Assembly (NCBI GenBank): GCA_951406725.2
Contig: OX597816.1
Coordinates: forward strand, 119,784,001 to 119,848,000
Direction: 5' to 3'
Length of the DNA: 64,000 nt
From: Octopus vulgaris
Taxonomy: Eukaryota
This document shows, one piece after another, positions 13,880 to 26,600 of this stretch. Numbering within the stretch: the stretch's first letter is position 1; each line of letters starts with the position of its first letter. Under the pieces are notes generated by a model. It saw only the letters and a program-made list of their open reading frames with translations. It was not told the DNA's origin and made no database searches. A program made the translations under genes and the position numbers.

Positions 13880-14330
13880 TGACGATTGTTGATTGGGCCA
13901 TTGCAAAACACGCATCTACCCGCCTCTCATGACATTTTTTACATCCTTTTGCAATCTCGAAAAACACAGTGTGCTGTTAACTCTAAACACAACAAACTAA
14001 CCATAATGATTTGGGACAGAGAAAAGAAAGTGTGCACAGGAGTACAAATCAGTTGTACAACAAATATTAACAAAATGTTGAAGAAAGAACAAAGCGAAAA
14101 CAGCTATGCTAAACTAATGAAAAACCAGCATAAACTAGCCCCAGTCTATCACTTTAGATTTATACCTGTAATTATTGGGGTACTTGGTTTTGTGTCTAAC
14201 GGCCTCGGCACCAATCCTGAGAGGTTAGACTTCACAAAATCATAATGACCACGGTTGATTAGAAAAGTACAAGCCATTGTAAAAACATGTAAAGCATTCC
14301 AGATATTTAGATTATAACAAAAGTATATAA
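13880..14330 (+). mobile_element. Decayed R4/Dong-like LINE C-terminal restriction-like endonuclease fragment
   Basis: KHNKLTIMIWDREKKVCTGVQISC...ENSYAKLM...FRFIPVIIGVLG resembles the REL pattern N-KPD...KY..L...VPIVIGALG. Confidence 0.7.
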
Positions 14331-15136
14331 CCTAGAGCTGTTGAAGAGGAAAATCAAACGTATCGAGACCCTATATGTACAGTCCTTTCTTTCCTCTGTA
14401 CCAAATCAATTTAAAAACAAAAAAGATTTTGTAAGGGTTAATATTGAGAGTTTAACATTTTTATTCTTTTACTTCCATTTCCATACTCTACAATTTCAAA
14501 TTCAGGCACAAGGTCAGCAATTTCAGAGGGTAAATCGATTACATCAACCCCACCCCTCACCCCGTGCTCAGCTGGTACTTTTTTTTTTTTTTTTTGACCC
14601 CGAAAAATGAAAGGCAAAGTTGACCTCGGAGGAATTTGAACCCACAACGTAAAGACAGACGAAATACTGCTAATCGTTTTGTCCGGCCAGCTCACCGAAT
14701 GATGAAAATTATGATCAGGAAGATAGTCATGATGGTGATGTTAATGTAGTTTTGTTTTTGTTTATTTGTTTTCGTTTTGTTTTGTTTTTTTCTAAGTTCA
14801 TACACACGAATAGCTCTACATCATCATCGTGACCAATATCATCATCAACACTACCACCACCATCAACATCATCATCACCACAGTTCAGAGTTACCGGAGA
14901 AGACACTCTTCGGGGCCGCCTTAGCAGCATTATAGGTCATCGGGAAAATCGCTGCACTGAAGCTATAGTATATATTTATGTACATTAAGCCACAGCTTAG
15001 ATCAGAATTGGGTTCCCAGGCCCGTAAGATCCCCATCCCGAACAAGTACCCAGTGTTCCCATACCTTAAGATGACACTGACAACAATATTTCTATTACAT
15101 CACATGGAGTATCTCCATGTTGGTTCAACTAAAACA

Positions 15137-15724
15137 TCAGTTCCCAACCATTTTTTACTTATGGACCCCTTTGATTCCTATTATACCCTACTGAACTTCC
15201 ATAGCCATTTGATGTATACAAAAAAAAATCCTACTGTATTTTTATAATTAAATATTGTCCACTGCCATCTCAACTCGAATTAAACTCCGCTTATTTAGTT
15301 CAAACGTAAAATCTGTGTTTTGTATGGCTCTGAAACATGGAGAGCCACCTGCAGCAACTACAAGAAGATCCAGACCTTCATCAACAAATGTCTCCGGCAG
15401 ATTCTCCATCTGAAGTAGTTCGACAGAGTGCCAAACACCGACCTGTGGAAAAGAACCAACCAGGAGCCCATACATGTTCAGATTAGACGAAGGAAATGGA
15501 GATGGATCGGACACACACTGCGGAAAGAACCCTCAAATGTGACATGATAAGCACTTGAGTGGAGCACGCAGGGGAAAAGGAAACGAGTACACCCGAAGCG
15601 GAGGAATTTGGACGAGCTCTGGACCACTGGCCTGACATGGGAAGCAGCCAAGAAACACGCCAATGACCGCAAGAAGTGGAAAACAACTGTTGAGTCCCTA
15701 TGCTCCACAAGGGGCAAAAAGGAT

Positions 15725-15755
<31 letters not shown>

Positions 15756-15957
15756 AAGAAGAAGAAGAAGAAGAAGAAGAAGAAGAAGAGAGAGGAGGGA
15801 GGAGGGGAGGGAGGGGGAGGTGGGGAGGAGGAACTGTATAAAAAAATTTTATATTTTGTGTATTGGAGAAGTATAAGCAATTTACTGCACATAAATTTTA
15901 ACACCAAAAACTTATATGAACTCCCAAGGGCCATATGGACATCGGTTGAGAACCAAG
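15137..15957. mobile_element. hAT MITE (family of 4221-4548, opposite orientation) split by an RTE insertion
   Basis: Both flanks align with the reverse complement of 4221-4548; ends CAGTTCCCAACC / GGTTGAGAACC. Confidence 0.7.
15260..15790 (+). mobile_element. 5'-truncated RTE-clade LINE with (AAG)n tail
   Basis: TRIKLRLFSSNVKSV.YGSETW...IQTFINKCLRQIL...QIRRRKWRWIGHTLRK...ALEWSTQGKRKR...VESLCSTRGKKD*, then (AAG)n at ~15726-15787. Confidence 0.85.
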
Positions 15958-16380
15958 CACTTGAATGTTTCAATTGGAGTTAAACCCCACCACCATCCAG
16001 AAAAAAGACAAACACACACTACATTCTGGTTCCCTTAAAAAGAAAACCAGTGAATTCATGATACCCTACCCACCACCTTACGATCCCGGTATTGACGCAG
16101 TGTCAGTTTCTAGCATTTGAACAAACTCATTGGAACGTTTAGCTCGCAGCAGTTGTGAATTTTATCTGTCCTCCACTCATTACTCTGCTTTGATTTACAA
16201 TAGAGGGTTCTTTTATCTGTTATCATTTACTTGTTTCGGTCATTTTTGACTGAAGTCATGCTGGGGCACTGCCTTGAAGGATTTTAATCGAACAAATAAC
16301 CCCCAGGACTTATTTTTTTAAAGCCTGGTACTTGTTCTAAAACTTATTCCAAATCCTTGCAGCATAGTGAACTCCGTTAA

Positions 16381-16640
16381 AATAAAATAAATGCGCCCTT
16401 TTAAAGCCTAGCCAAGCTCATGGGCCCGGTTTCCCGGTTTCTATGGCGTATGTGTTCCTCGGCTGGACGGGACGCCAGTCCATCGCAGCGTTACACATTT
16501 TTGCCAGCTGAGTGAACTGGAGCAACGTGAAAGGAAGTGTTTTGCTCAAGAACGCAACGCGTCGCCCGGTCCAGGAATCGAAACCACAATTTTACGATCG
16601 ATGGTGTTGACACCCTAACCACTAAACGACGCGCCTCCAC
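16381..16640 (-). mobile_element. Full-length tRNA-derived SINE, local family A, with TSD
   Basis: 15-bp TSD AGTGAACTCCGTTAA (16366-16380) / AGTGAACTCCGCTAA (16641-16655); head and tail similar to 4733-4995. Confidence 0.9.
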
Positions 16641-17340
16641 AGTGAACTCCGCTAACGGCACCCAAAGTGTCAGGAGGCAGTGCTGTCTTAAGGCATAGAC
16701 ACACTGGGCACTTGCCCGGGGGACTCATAGATCTAGGGGCCCGATTATGATCTACGAATGTTGTGGCTTACTATTAGTAAATAAACACTCTAGGACTCGA
16801 AGCAGGAGATGGTGTTAAACCGGGCGACGGGTTATAGAATAAAATTAATTGTAAAAATATCAAGATAGAATTTTTTTTTAATAATGATTTTTAAAATTAT
16901 ATAAAATATAAACAAATATAAAACTAAATCAATTAAATCTAAGAATATTTAAAATAAAACTAACATTAGAATCTGCCAGAACGTATTAAAAACGGTTAGA
17001 TACGTTATTGCTTGGTTTCGTTGTTCTGCATGCACCTCATGAATTATTAAAACTCAGGCAAAATACCAGAAAAATTAAAACAGTACGAGAGAGTAAAAAT
17101 AATACCAGTAATAAACACTGTTTTTTTTTTTTGTTGTTTTTTTTTACTTCTCATTTTCTCTTTTTAATAGTAAAACATCATTCAAAAACATTAATCAATA
17201 AAACAATAAAGTTGTCATCTTTGAAAAGTTTTAAGAGAAAGTTTTCAAAAAAAAAGTTTTTTAATGCGAAACTAAGGCTTTTTCTTTTCCTTGAAGTTTG
17301 AGAAATCCTTAACAACAACAAATATTTGAATTAAGCGTGT

Positions 17341-17476
17341 ATGATGGAGACAGCTTGTTCACACTCCGAATTGGATTATCGAATAAAACAATGGGAGAAA
17401 AAATTGAGAGATTTATCGTTAGAAATTGTAAAATCTGGCAATAAAAAAATCCCTTGTCTGTTATTGCAAGTTAAAA
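17341..17476 (+). CDS. IQCB1: IQCB1 coding exon 1 (MMETACSHSELDYRIKQWEKKLRDLSLEIVKSGNKKIPCLLLQVK)
   Basis: ATG at 17341 (second ATG 17344), donor A|GTAAGT, phase 1. Resembles the vertebrate N-terminus (ILSIAAEVAKSPEQNVPVILLKLK). A pyrimidine tract + AG at 17295-17296 may be a 5'UTR acceptor. Confidence 0.85.
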
Positions 17477-17563
17477 GTAAGTTTGAAATTGTGTCTATTT
17501 TTTAGCGACAGATTAACTGTTGCTTTCGAACCCAGTTTATATGTCTGCATAGGATATAATATT

Positions 17564-17632
<69 letters not shown>

Positions 17633-18449
17633 AGACACACACAAAATGCATCCTGGACACTCGCTAAAAATGCACATACACTACTTATAGTTTATATTCA
17701 CATTATATTTTGTAATGATCCATATTATTAGGTATCAGAGTCTTTCATCCTGCACAGCATGGATAGACATTAAAATAGCTTATAACAATTTGTTAGAAAA
17801 TTGGTTAAAATTCAGTAGCAAGTAGAAGTTCCAATATTATTAGACTTATGCTCTCAGCACGTATCATACGATAGGTACTATATTTATTACTTTTATTTAT
17901 CTCAAGTTATTTTGGCAACATTTTTTTCTTTTTTTCGTTTTGTATCACGATTAAAAAACCAAACACAAAAGAAAATATAAAGTTTATAACAGAAACGTTG
18001 TCAACGTGGGGAGAAAGAAAAACGATAACAAATGACTGCATAAGACTACAGCAGCTGTTTGGTTACCATAGTAGCTGTATGGCGCTATATGTTAATGTTT
18101 AGCTAAGAAAGCAGAAAGACTAGCGGTATTTGATTATAGCGTGCCACTTCCACTGGATTGAAATAGATGAATTTTCAACTTTCTTCTGTCCGCGATACAC
18201 TAAATAACTTACAAAAAGTGTCACGACAGACCATTAGCTTTTAAAAAGTTTTATAACTTTTACTTGTTTTAGCTATTTGACTGCGGCTATACTGGAGCAC
18301 CGCCTCTTTTTTTTTTTAAGCTTGATGCCTATTGTATCGTTTTCTTTTGCCGAACTGCTAATTTATGGGAACAAAGACACATGTTGATAGATGGAAGTGG
18401 ATGTTAAAACGATGAAGAGAGTGATGTAGACGATACACACACACACACT

Positions 18450-18507
<58 letters not shown>

Positions 18508-21500
18508 CACCCACTACACTCACGGAGTGGTTGGCGTTAGGAAGGGCATCCAGCTGTAGAAACACTGCCAGATAAGACTGGAGCCTGGGGCAGCCTTCTG
18601 GCTTCCCAGATCCCCGGTCGAACCGTCCAACCCATGCTAGCATGGAGAACGGACGTTAAACGATGATGGTGATGATGATATATATATATATATAGCGAAG
18701 GCGCATGGCTCAATGGTTTGAACGCCAAGCTTACGACCATAAGGTTGTGAGTTCAATTCCCAGACTGCTGCATGTTGTATTCTTGAGCAAAACACTTTAT
18801 TTTACGTGGTGCTACTTATATATATATAAGTGAGGATGGTTTTAAAACTGAATGGAAGGTAGCAAGTTTAGCTTTTTTACCAATCTCTCCTCTTCTGAGG
18901 ATTGAATGCTGGAACTGTGTCAGCACCTGCAATTCTAACATCCATTTCAGCCTCCTGCTTTCCATCTCTTGGATAAGAGCGAAGGTACTTAATTTTTTTC
19001 ACTTGTCTCTGTAACATGTAGACTGCACTGGGAAGGTTTTCTTGAGAGAACCAATGTCTCATTCTCCACAGCACCAATTCTCATCCCTGCTTTGCAGCAC
19101 TTGGCAGCAAACCCATTCAGTCCATGCTGGAGATCAGCTTCTGATGAGCCAAGTAGCACCATGTTATCTGCAAATATCAGCCACTGATCCTACATTAGCT
19201 GATTGTGATACCTCTTATATAACAGAAGTGGGATCTTGCATGTCAATCCAGTTCATAAAAATTAAGTAAAGTCCAACACCTACATTGAAAGGCTTCAACT
19301 TAGTACCAAGTAAAATTACTTCATAGAACCTTCAGAGGAACTGCATTTTGGTTGTTTGTATTCATATCCATACTCTTTCAGTTATTACCCAAGATTTCCC
19401 TTCTTGTGGACAAGAGGTGCAACTAGGATTGAAAACTAACTCACAGTGACTGAAGTGCTCAGATATAGCAAGGTCACTGAAGATGATGAAATTTGACCTG
19501 AGATGCTAAAAGTCTTAAGTGGAGAAGATATTCTCTGACTGAGTCATGTATGCCAGGTCACTTGGACATCTGGAAAGACACCAAAGCAGTGGCATTCCAT
19601 GGTGATAACCCCAATTTTCAAAAAAGCAGCTAAGAGAGAGTACACTAAATATAGAGGTATTTCCTTGTTGAGCCACCCAGTAACGTCTAGAAAAGAGATG
19701 TAGAGAAATTGTCAAGCCAAGCTTTCTGATGAACAGTGTGGTTTCCATCCTGGATGCAACATAACTGACCAAATATTCACTCTGCAGCTGGTCTTTGATA
19801 TGGGAATATTGCCAAGAGATGCATGCTTGTTTTGTAGATCTCAAAAGTGCATGTGACCACATACCAAGGGACATGCTGTGGATGATTTTACTAGAGTTCT
19901 GAATTAATAGGCAGTTTTTGGCTATCATTAAGTCCCTATATGAATGCCCAGAGATTTGTGTTCAGGTAACTGGGAGTGAGCATATAACATTTTCTATGAC
20001 AATATTATACTATTTCCTAAGGTGGCAGCGAGCTGCCAGAAACGGTAGCATGTCGGGTGAAATGCCTAACAGTATTTCATCTGTCTTTACGTTCTGAGTT
20101 CAAATTCTGCCATGGTTGACTTTGCCTTTCATCCTTTCGGGGTCGATAAATTAAGTATTAGTTGCATACTGGGTTGATCTAATTGACTGGCTCCCCTCCC
20201 CAAAAATTTCAAGCTTTGTGCCTAAAGTAGAAAAGAATGATTAACATACCAAGCAAAATACTTAATGGCATTTCATCCCTTTCAGGGTTGATAAATTAAG
20301 TACCAGTTGAGTATTGGGGTCAATCTTATCAACCTATCCCTCCCCTGAAATTGTTGGCCTTGTGCCAAAACTTGAAAGCAGAATTATTAGCATGCCAAGC
20401 AAAATGCTTAGTGACATTTTGTTCATCTTTACATTCTGAGTTCAAATTCCACGAGGCTTTTGTGGGGTCAATAACATAAGTACCAGTGGAGTACAGGCAG
20501 TGGGAGGGGTCTAATTGACTACTCTCTCCCCCAAAATTTGAAGCCAATATTATACTATTCCTTGTGCTGTAGATTGGTAGAATCATTAAACCATTAGACA
20601 ATATTCTTCGCAGTATTTAGTCAGCAATTGCTTTTATATTCACAGTTCAAATCCCACCTGGATCAGCTTTGTTTTTCATCCAGGATCAGTTAAATAAAGT
20701 ACTTCTGGAGTTGATTTACTCAACCATTCCCTTCTCCAAAATTTGTATCTTTGTACCAATATTAGAAATCAGTTATACAAATATTAGTTTCAAAATTTAG
20801 CTAAAGGCCAGCAATTTAAAGGGAGGGGGTTATATCAACCCTAGTATCCAATTGGTACTTATTTCATCGACCCCAAAAGGATGAATGGCAAAGTCAGCCC
20901 AGGTAGAATTTGAACTCAACACAAAGTCATGAAACGCTTAGCAGCATTTCACTTGGCATGGTAACAACTCTGCCAACTCACTACCTAATCAGTTATACAA
21001 TATTACAATTCCTTCAAGGCAGTGAGCTGGCAGAAACGTTAGCACACCGGGCAAAATGCTTAGCGGGATTTCGTCTGTCTTTATATTCTGAGTTCAAATT
21101 CTGCTGAGGTTGACTTTGCCTTTTATCCTTTCAGGCTCAATAAATTAGGTACCAGTTGCATAATAGGGATCAATCTAATTAACTGGCCTTCTCCTCTAAA
21201 ATTTTGGGCCTTGTGCCAAGAGTAGAAAAGAATAATATATAGCACCAGTCAAGTCCTGACATAATTTTAATCAACTATATGCTTCCCTTATTTGCGTTGC
21301 CTAGTATCAATATTATACTATTTGAACTGGCAGAAACTTTAGCCTTCTGGGCACTATGTTTAGCGGTATTTCATCTGTCTTTATGTTCTGAGTTCAAATT
21401 CCACTATGGTCAACTTTGCCTTTCATTCTTTTGGGGTCAATAAATTAAGTACCAGTTGCATACTAGAGTCAATCTAATCGACTGGCTCCCTCCCCAAAAT

Positions 21501-23579
21501 TTTCGGGCCTTGTGCCTAGAGTAGAAAATAATATTATACTATTTCTTACTCTTACAGGTTATTTGGATGATGAACAACTCCATACGAAAGAATATCCAGC
21601 CATTAAGAAGTTACTATGGAAATATAAATTCTTCCAGGCAATCCTTGTATTTCTAAAACGAGATTACAGGGTTGATGGAGGATGGACAACAGCAGCAAAA
21701 CTTTCGAGACTTCTCAGGTAAAATTAAGCTTATCTTTTACTTGTTTCAGTCATTGGATTGTAGCCATGCTGGGGCACCACCTTAAAGTGTTTGGTCAAGC
21801 AGATTGATCCAAGTACTTGCTTTTTTTTAAAAGCCTGGTATTTATTCTGTCAGTCTCTTTTGCCAGACTGCTAAGTTACTGAGACATAAACAAACCAACA
21901 CCAGTTTCAAGCAGTTGTTTGGGACAAATACAAACACACACACACACACATGCGTGTGTGTATTTATATACATAAACATACACACATACACAAAATAGGC
22001 TTCTCTCAGTTTTCATGTACCAAATCCAATTGTAAGACTTTGATTGACCCAGGGTAATAGTAGAAGACACTTGCCCGGGGTGCTGCACTGCAGGACTGAA
22101 CCCAGTACCTCATGGTTGGGAAGTGAGTTTCTTAACCAACAGCTGCAGCTATGTCAATTAATGTTTTACTTTTTTTTTCTTTTGTATTATGTGTGTGTTA
22201 TTAACTGCTTAATTTAAGCAGAGTACCAAATATATCTCATGGCATTATGTAATTTCTGTTCTGAGTCCAAGTCTTACCAAAACCTTCTTTAATTATGATT
22301 CCATCAATATCAAGAATGTTTTAAAAGAATATTAGACCAAGCTTTAGTATTTTATCGACAGGGAAAGAATAAAAGGCAAAGTTCACCTCATTGGTAATCA
22401 AACTCAGAACATCAAGGGCCATAGCTAAATATCAAATGCATTTATGTAGTGCTCCAGTGATTCTACTAGTCCAGTGCTTTTCAACTTTGCTTTTCAGCCC
22501 TCTTGGATTGTTGCTTAATTCCAGGTCAACACTAATGAAACAGACCTAAAATCAAAGGCATCCCTATCAGGATCATCCTGTTAGTGTGTGTGTGCATGCA
22601 CATACACACACACACACAGAGAAGCAGGTGCTGAAAAGCTCCTGGCTCTAGGTAAAAGAAAATACAGGAGGATCAGTTAATTACGATTTTGATGATGATG
22701 ATTCTCCTCTCAGATTCAAACACTTATTGCAGCAGCCCTTCAGTTTTTCTTAAACTGTAAAAGAATTCAGAAGGTTAGGCCTTCAACCAGGTCTTTCAAA
22801 ACACCCTTAAAGTCAGGAACTTTTCAGCACTCCCTCATGTGTATATATATATTCTTTTACTTGTTTCAATCATTTGACTGTGGCCATGCTTGAGCCCCAC
22901 CTTGAACCACACAGCCACACCTGCACCTATATATATCTTTTATCTTTCACATGTTTCAGTTATGAGACTGCTGCCATGCTGGGGTACTGCCCTGAAGCCT
23001 GATACTTATTCTATCAGCCTCTTTTGCTGAATCATTAAGTTACAGGGACATAAACACACCAACATCGGTTGTCAAGCAGTGGTGGGAGACAAACACAGAA
23101 ACAAAGACACACACATACACACACACACACATACATATATGATGGGCTTTTTTCAGTTTCCATCAACCAAATTTACTCACAAAGCTTTGGACGGCCCAAG
23201 GCTATAGCAGAAGACACTTGCCCTAGGTGCTACACAGTGGGACTGAACCCAGAGGCATGTGATTGAGAAGCAAACTTTTTGTCACACGTCCTTGCCTGCA
23301 CCTATGTATATCATCTAGAACTTACTTGGAGATTACACCAATATCACATTAACAATGTCGTTGCTCACCTGATCATTGAAATTTAGCACTGTCAAGCCTA
23401 ATTAGTACTTAAACTGGTGACTGCTTCAGAAATTTAGAAACTGTAAACATTAATTTTAGTCACAGACATAGCTGTGTGATTAAGAAGAAGTTTGCTTTGC
23501 ACTACTTGGTCTGAGATTCAATGAGACTGCATAGCACCTTGGATATGTGTCTTCAGCTGTGGCCTCAGGCTGAGGTGTG

Positions 23580-23614
<35 letters not shown>

Positions 23615-26600
23615 TCATCATCGTTTAGCATCCGCTTTCCATGCTAGCATGGGTTGGATGGTTCAACTGGGGTCTGGGAAGCCAGAAGGCTGCACCAGGC
23701 CCAGTCTGATCTGGCAATGTTTCTATGGCTGGATGCCCTTCCTAACGCCAACCACTCCGTGAGTGTAGTGGGTGCTTTTTACGTGACAGATAAGGCTGGC
23801 AAACGGCCATGATCAGATGGTGCTTTTTACGTGCCACCAGCACGGAGGCCAGACGAGGCTGGCAACGGCCACGATTGGATGGTGCTTTTTACGTGCCACC
23901 AGCACGGAGGCCAGTCGAGGCAGCGCTGGCAACAGCCACGTTCGGATGGTTCTCTTACATGCCACCGGCGCTGGTATCACAGCTACAATTTCCGTTGATG
24001 TTGATCGATTTTGATTTTGATTTTGATTCTCACTTGCCTCAACAGGTCTTCACAAGTCCAGTCTGTTTTGGCTTGGTTTTTTGTATGGCTGGATACCCTT
24101 CTTAATGCCAACCACTTCACACAGTTTAGTGGGTACCTATTACATGTCATCCCCATTCTCACATATTTTCTTCTATAGACAGACAGACAGATAGACATAT
24201 ACATAAACATAAATATATATCCATAGAAAAAAAACATGTGAGGATGAGGATAGAGAAAAGAGAAATTTCTTAAAGGTATAAATGTAATTTGTGTAACTCA
24301 TGAACATTTTGATTTGTTTTCTAGTCAAATATGCACTGGTGTTGACTTTGCTGACTCAGTGGAATTCAAGGATGACTGTCTTCCAACTGCAGACAGAAAT
24401 ATGCTTATGTTGGCAGTGAGAATACACGATGATCTGATGGAGGTAGGTAAAAATCAAAAGATTTAAGAATTAACTCAAACAATTAAGTGCTGCACTGTGT
24501 CACAAAACTTCATTTATGCAATGAATTTTTTTTTTTTTTCGTTTTATCTATTATCTATTTTATCTGTTAGCCATAGGTGCAGATGTGACTGTGTGGTAAG
24601 AAGTTTGCTTCCCAACTGGTTGGTTCTGGGTTCCATCCCATTGCATGGCACCTTGAGCAAATGTTTCCTACTATAGCCCCTGACTGACCAAAGCTTTGTG
24701 AGTAGATCTGGTAGACAGGAACCAAGGAAGACCCATTGTGTGTGTGTGTGTGTGTTTGTCTGTGTGTGTGTATGTGTGTGCGTGTGTGTGTGTGTGTGTG
24801 TGTGCATCCCACAGCTTGACAAGTGTTGGTTTGTTCATGTTCGCTAACTTAGCAGTTTGGCAAAAAGAGACCAATAGAATAAGCATCAGGATTAGAAATA
24901 AAAGTACTGGGGGTCGATTTGTTTCACGAAATCCTTCAAGGCAATACCCCAGCTTGGCCGCAGTCTAATGACTGAAACAAGTAAAGGATATAAAATAAAA
25001 GAATTCAGGAGTGGGAGGGCAATTCTCCTGACTCTTTAAGGGTTTGCAGGACTGGTGGGAAGGAAGGAAAAAGGTATCTTCAGACTGGAGACCTGGACTC
25101 CGCTAAAGGAATTCACGGTGCCAGATCGTAGTTATTAAACCGGATGACGGATTAAAGCTTAGAAGATTAGTATCCTACTCACTGCATCAAACGTTTATCT
25201 CATCAATGCAGAATTCCATAGAAACGAGTTACGCAAGGGAAATAACTCTTTCCATCGGTATCTATGTAAGTAGGCTCATCTGTATGGAGTAACTTAACAT
25301 TAAGGAGTGGAACGTACAGTATCCCGTAATTTAGATCATCTCAAAATCCTTTTTATCACTACTTAAACTTCCTGTGACTAAAAAAGCGTTTATTAAGTAT
25401 TTTTATATTAATCGCATAAACAAGAGAATTTTAGTTTCGTAAAACTAATGTATCTAGTGTGGAACACCTGGGAAAATGATCTTTTATTGAATCGTTTGAA
25501 AGTTAAGGAACTGTTTTTTTTTCCTTTAACCTTGCCATGGTCAGTGTTCTATAAACAATATAATATTCTATATATGGCCACCTCCTGATGCTTACTTTTG
25601 GTTTTGTTTAAATATGTATGTAATATGTACTTTTGGTTAAATATGTATGTAAAAGTTAAAAATTAAATGTAATTTATTAGAAAAATAACATCTCAGAGAG
25701 AAGCTTAACCGATCTCCCTATGCTGTACTCTCAGTACATAAATATACTAGATATACCTTCACCCTTTCTGGTGTATTAGGTACTTCTTTTTCCATTTATC
25801 ACTACACCCTCAGTATGGCCCTAGGAAGTGAGTGGAAAAAATAACCACCAAGGTGGCATATAAGCCAAATGAGTCCAAGTCATTTGCAAATTTTAGATGA
25901 AGGTCTAGAAATATTGTTGATGGATTTGAGAAGTTTGCTGTTTCAAACTGCTACGAACTAATGAAAAAATACATTGATATAATGCACGAACTTCAATAAC
26001 GGTTATGTTTTTAATACATGTTTGAAAGAAAAGACTTTTGATTTTTTTTTCCCCGTTTCTGTTTTTACTTTTGATTTTCTTTGCATATGTACATACATGT
26101 TTTGTAGGCGCTGGCACGGCTGTGTGATAAGGGAGCTTGCTTCCTAGCTACATGGTTTCGGGTTCAGTCCCACTGCGTGGCACTTCAGGCAACTGTCTTC
26201 TGCTATAGCCCCAGGCAGATCGAAGCTTTGTGATTGAATTTGGTAGGCAGAAGTTACTGCCGTGTGTGTATGTGTGTCTGTAGGTGTTTGTGCCTCCGAG
26301 AGAGAGAGGATATATATATATATATATATATATCATCATCATCTTCATCATCATTGTTTAACATCTGCCTTCCATGCTGGCACAGGGTGGACAGTTTGAG
26401 AGGAGCCAGCCAGGCATTTGACTGCACCAGACTTCTGTGTCTGTTTTGGCATGGTTTTTATGACCGGGTGCCCTTTCTAACACCAACCACCCTGCAGGGT
26501 GGACTGAGTACTTTTTGCATGGCACCAGTACTGGCAGTCACCAAGTAACTTGTAAGACAAGGAATCCTTGAGAATGAAAATGTGAATATTACAACGCTGA

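Noticed and set aside
15663-15983. Poly-K / poly-F ORFs
   Set aside because: Read through the (AAG)n tail of the RTE insertion.
18167-18244. Short ATG ORF after the X-box as an alternative first coding exon
   Set aside because: No phase-1 donor compatible with exon 2 and no IQCB1 similarity.
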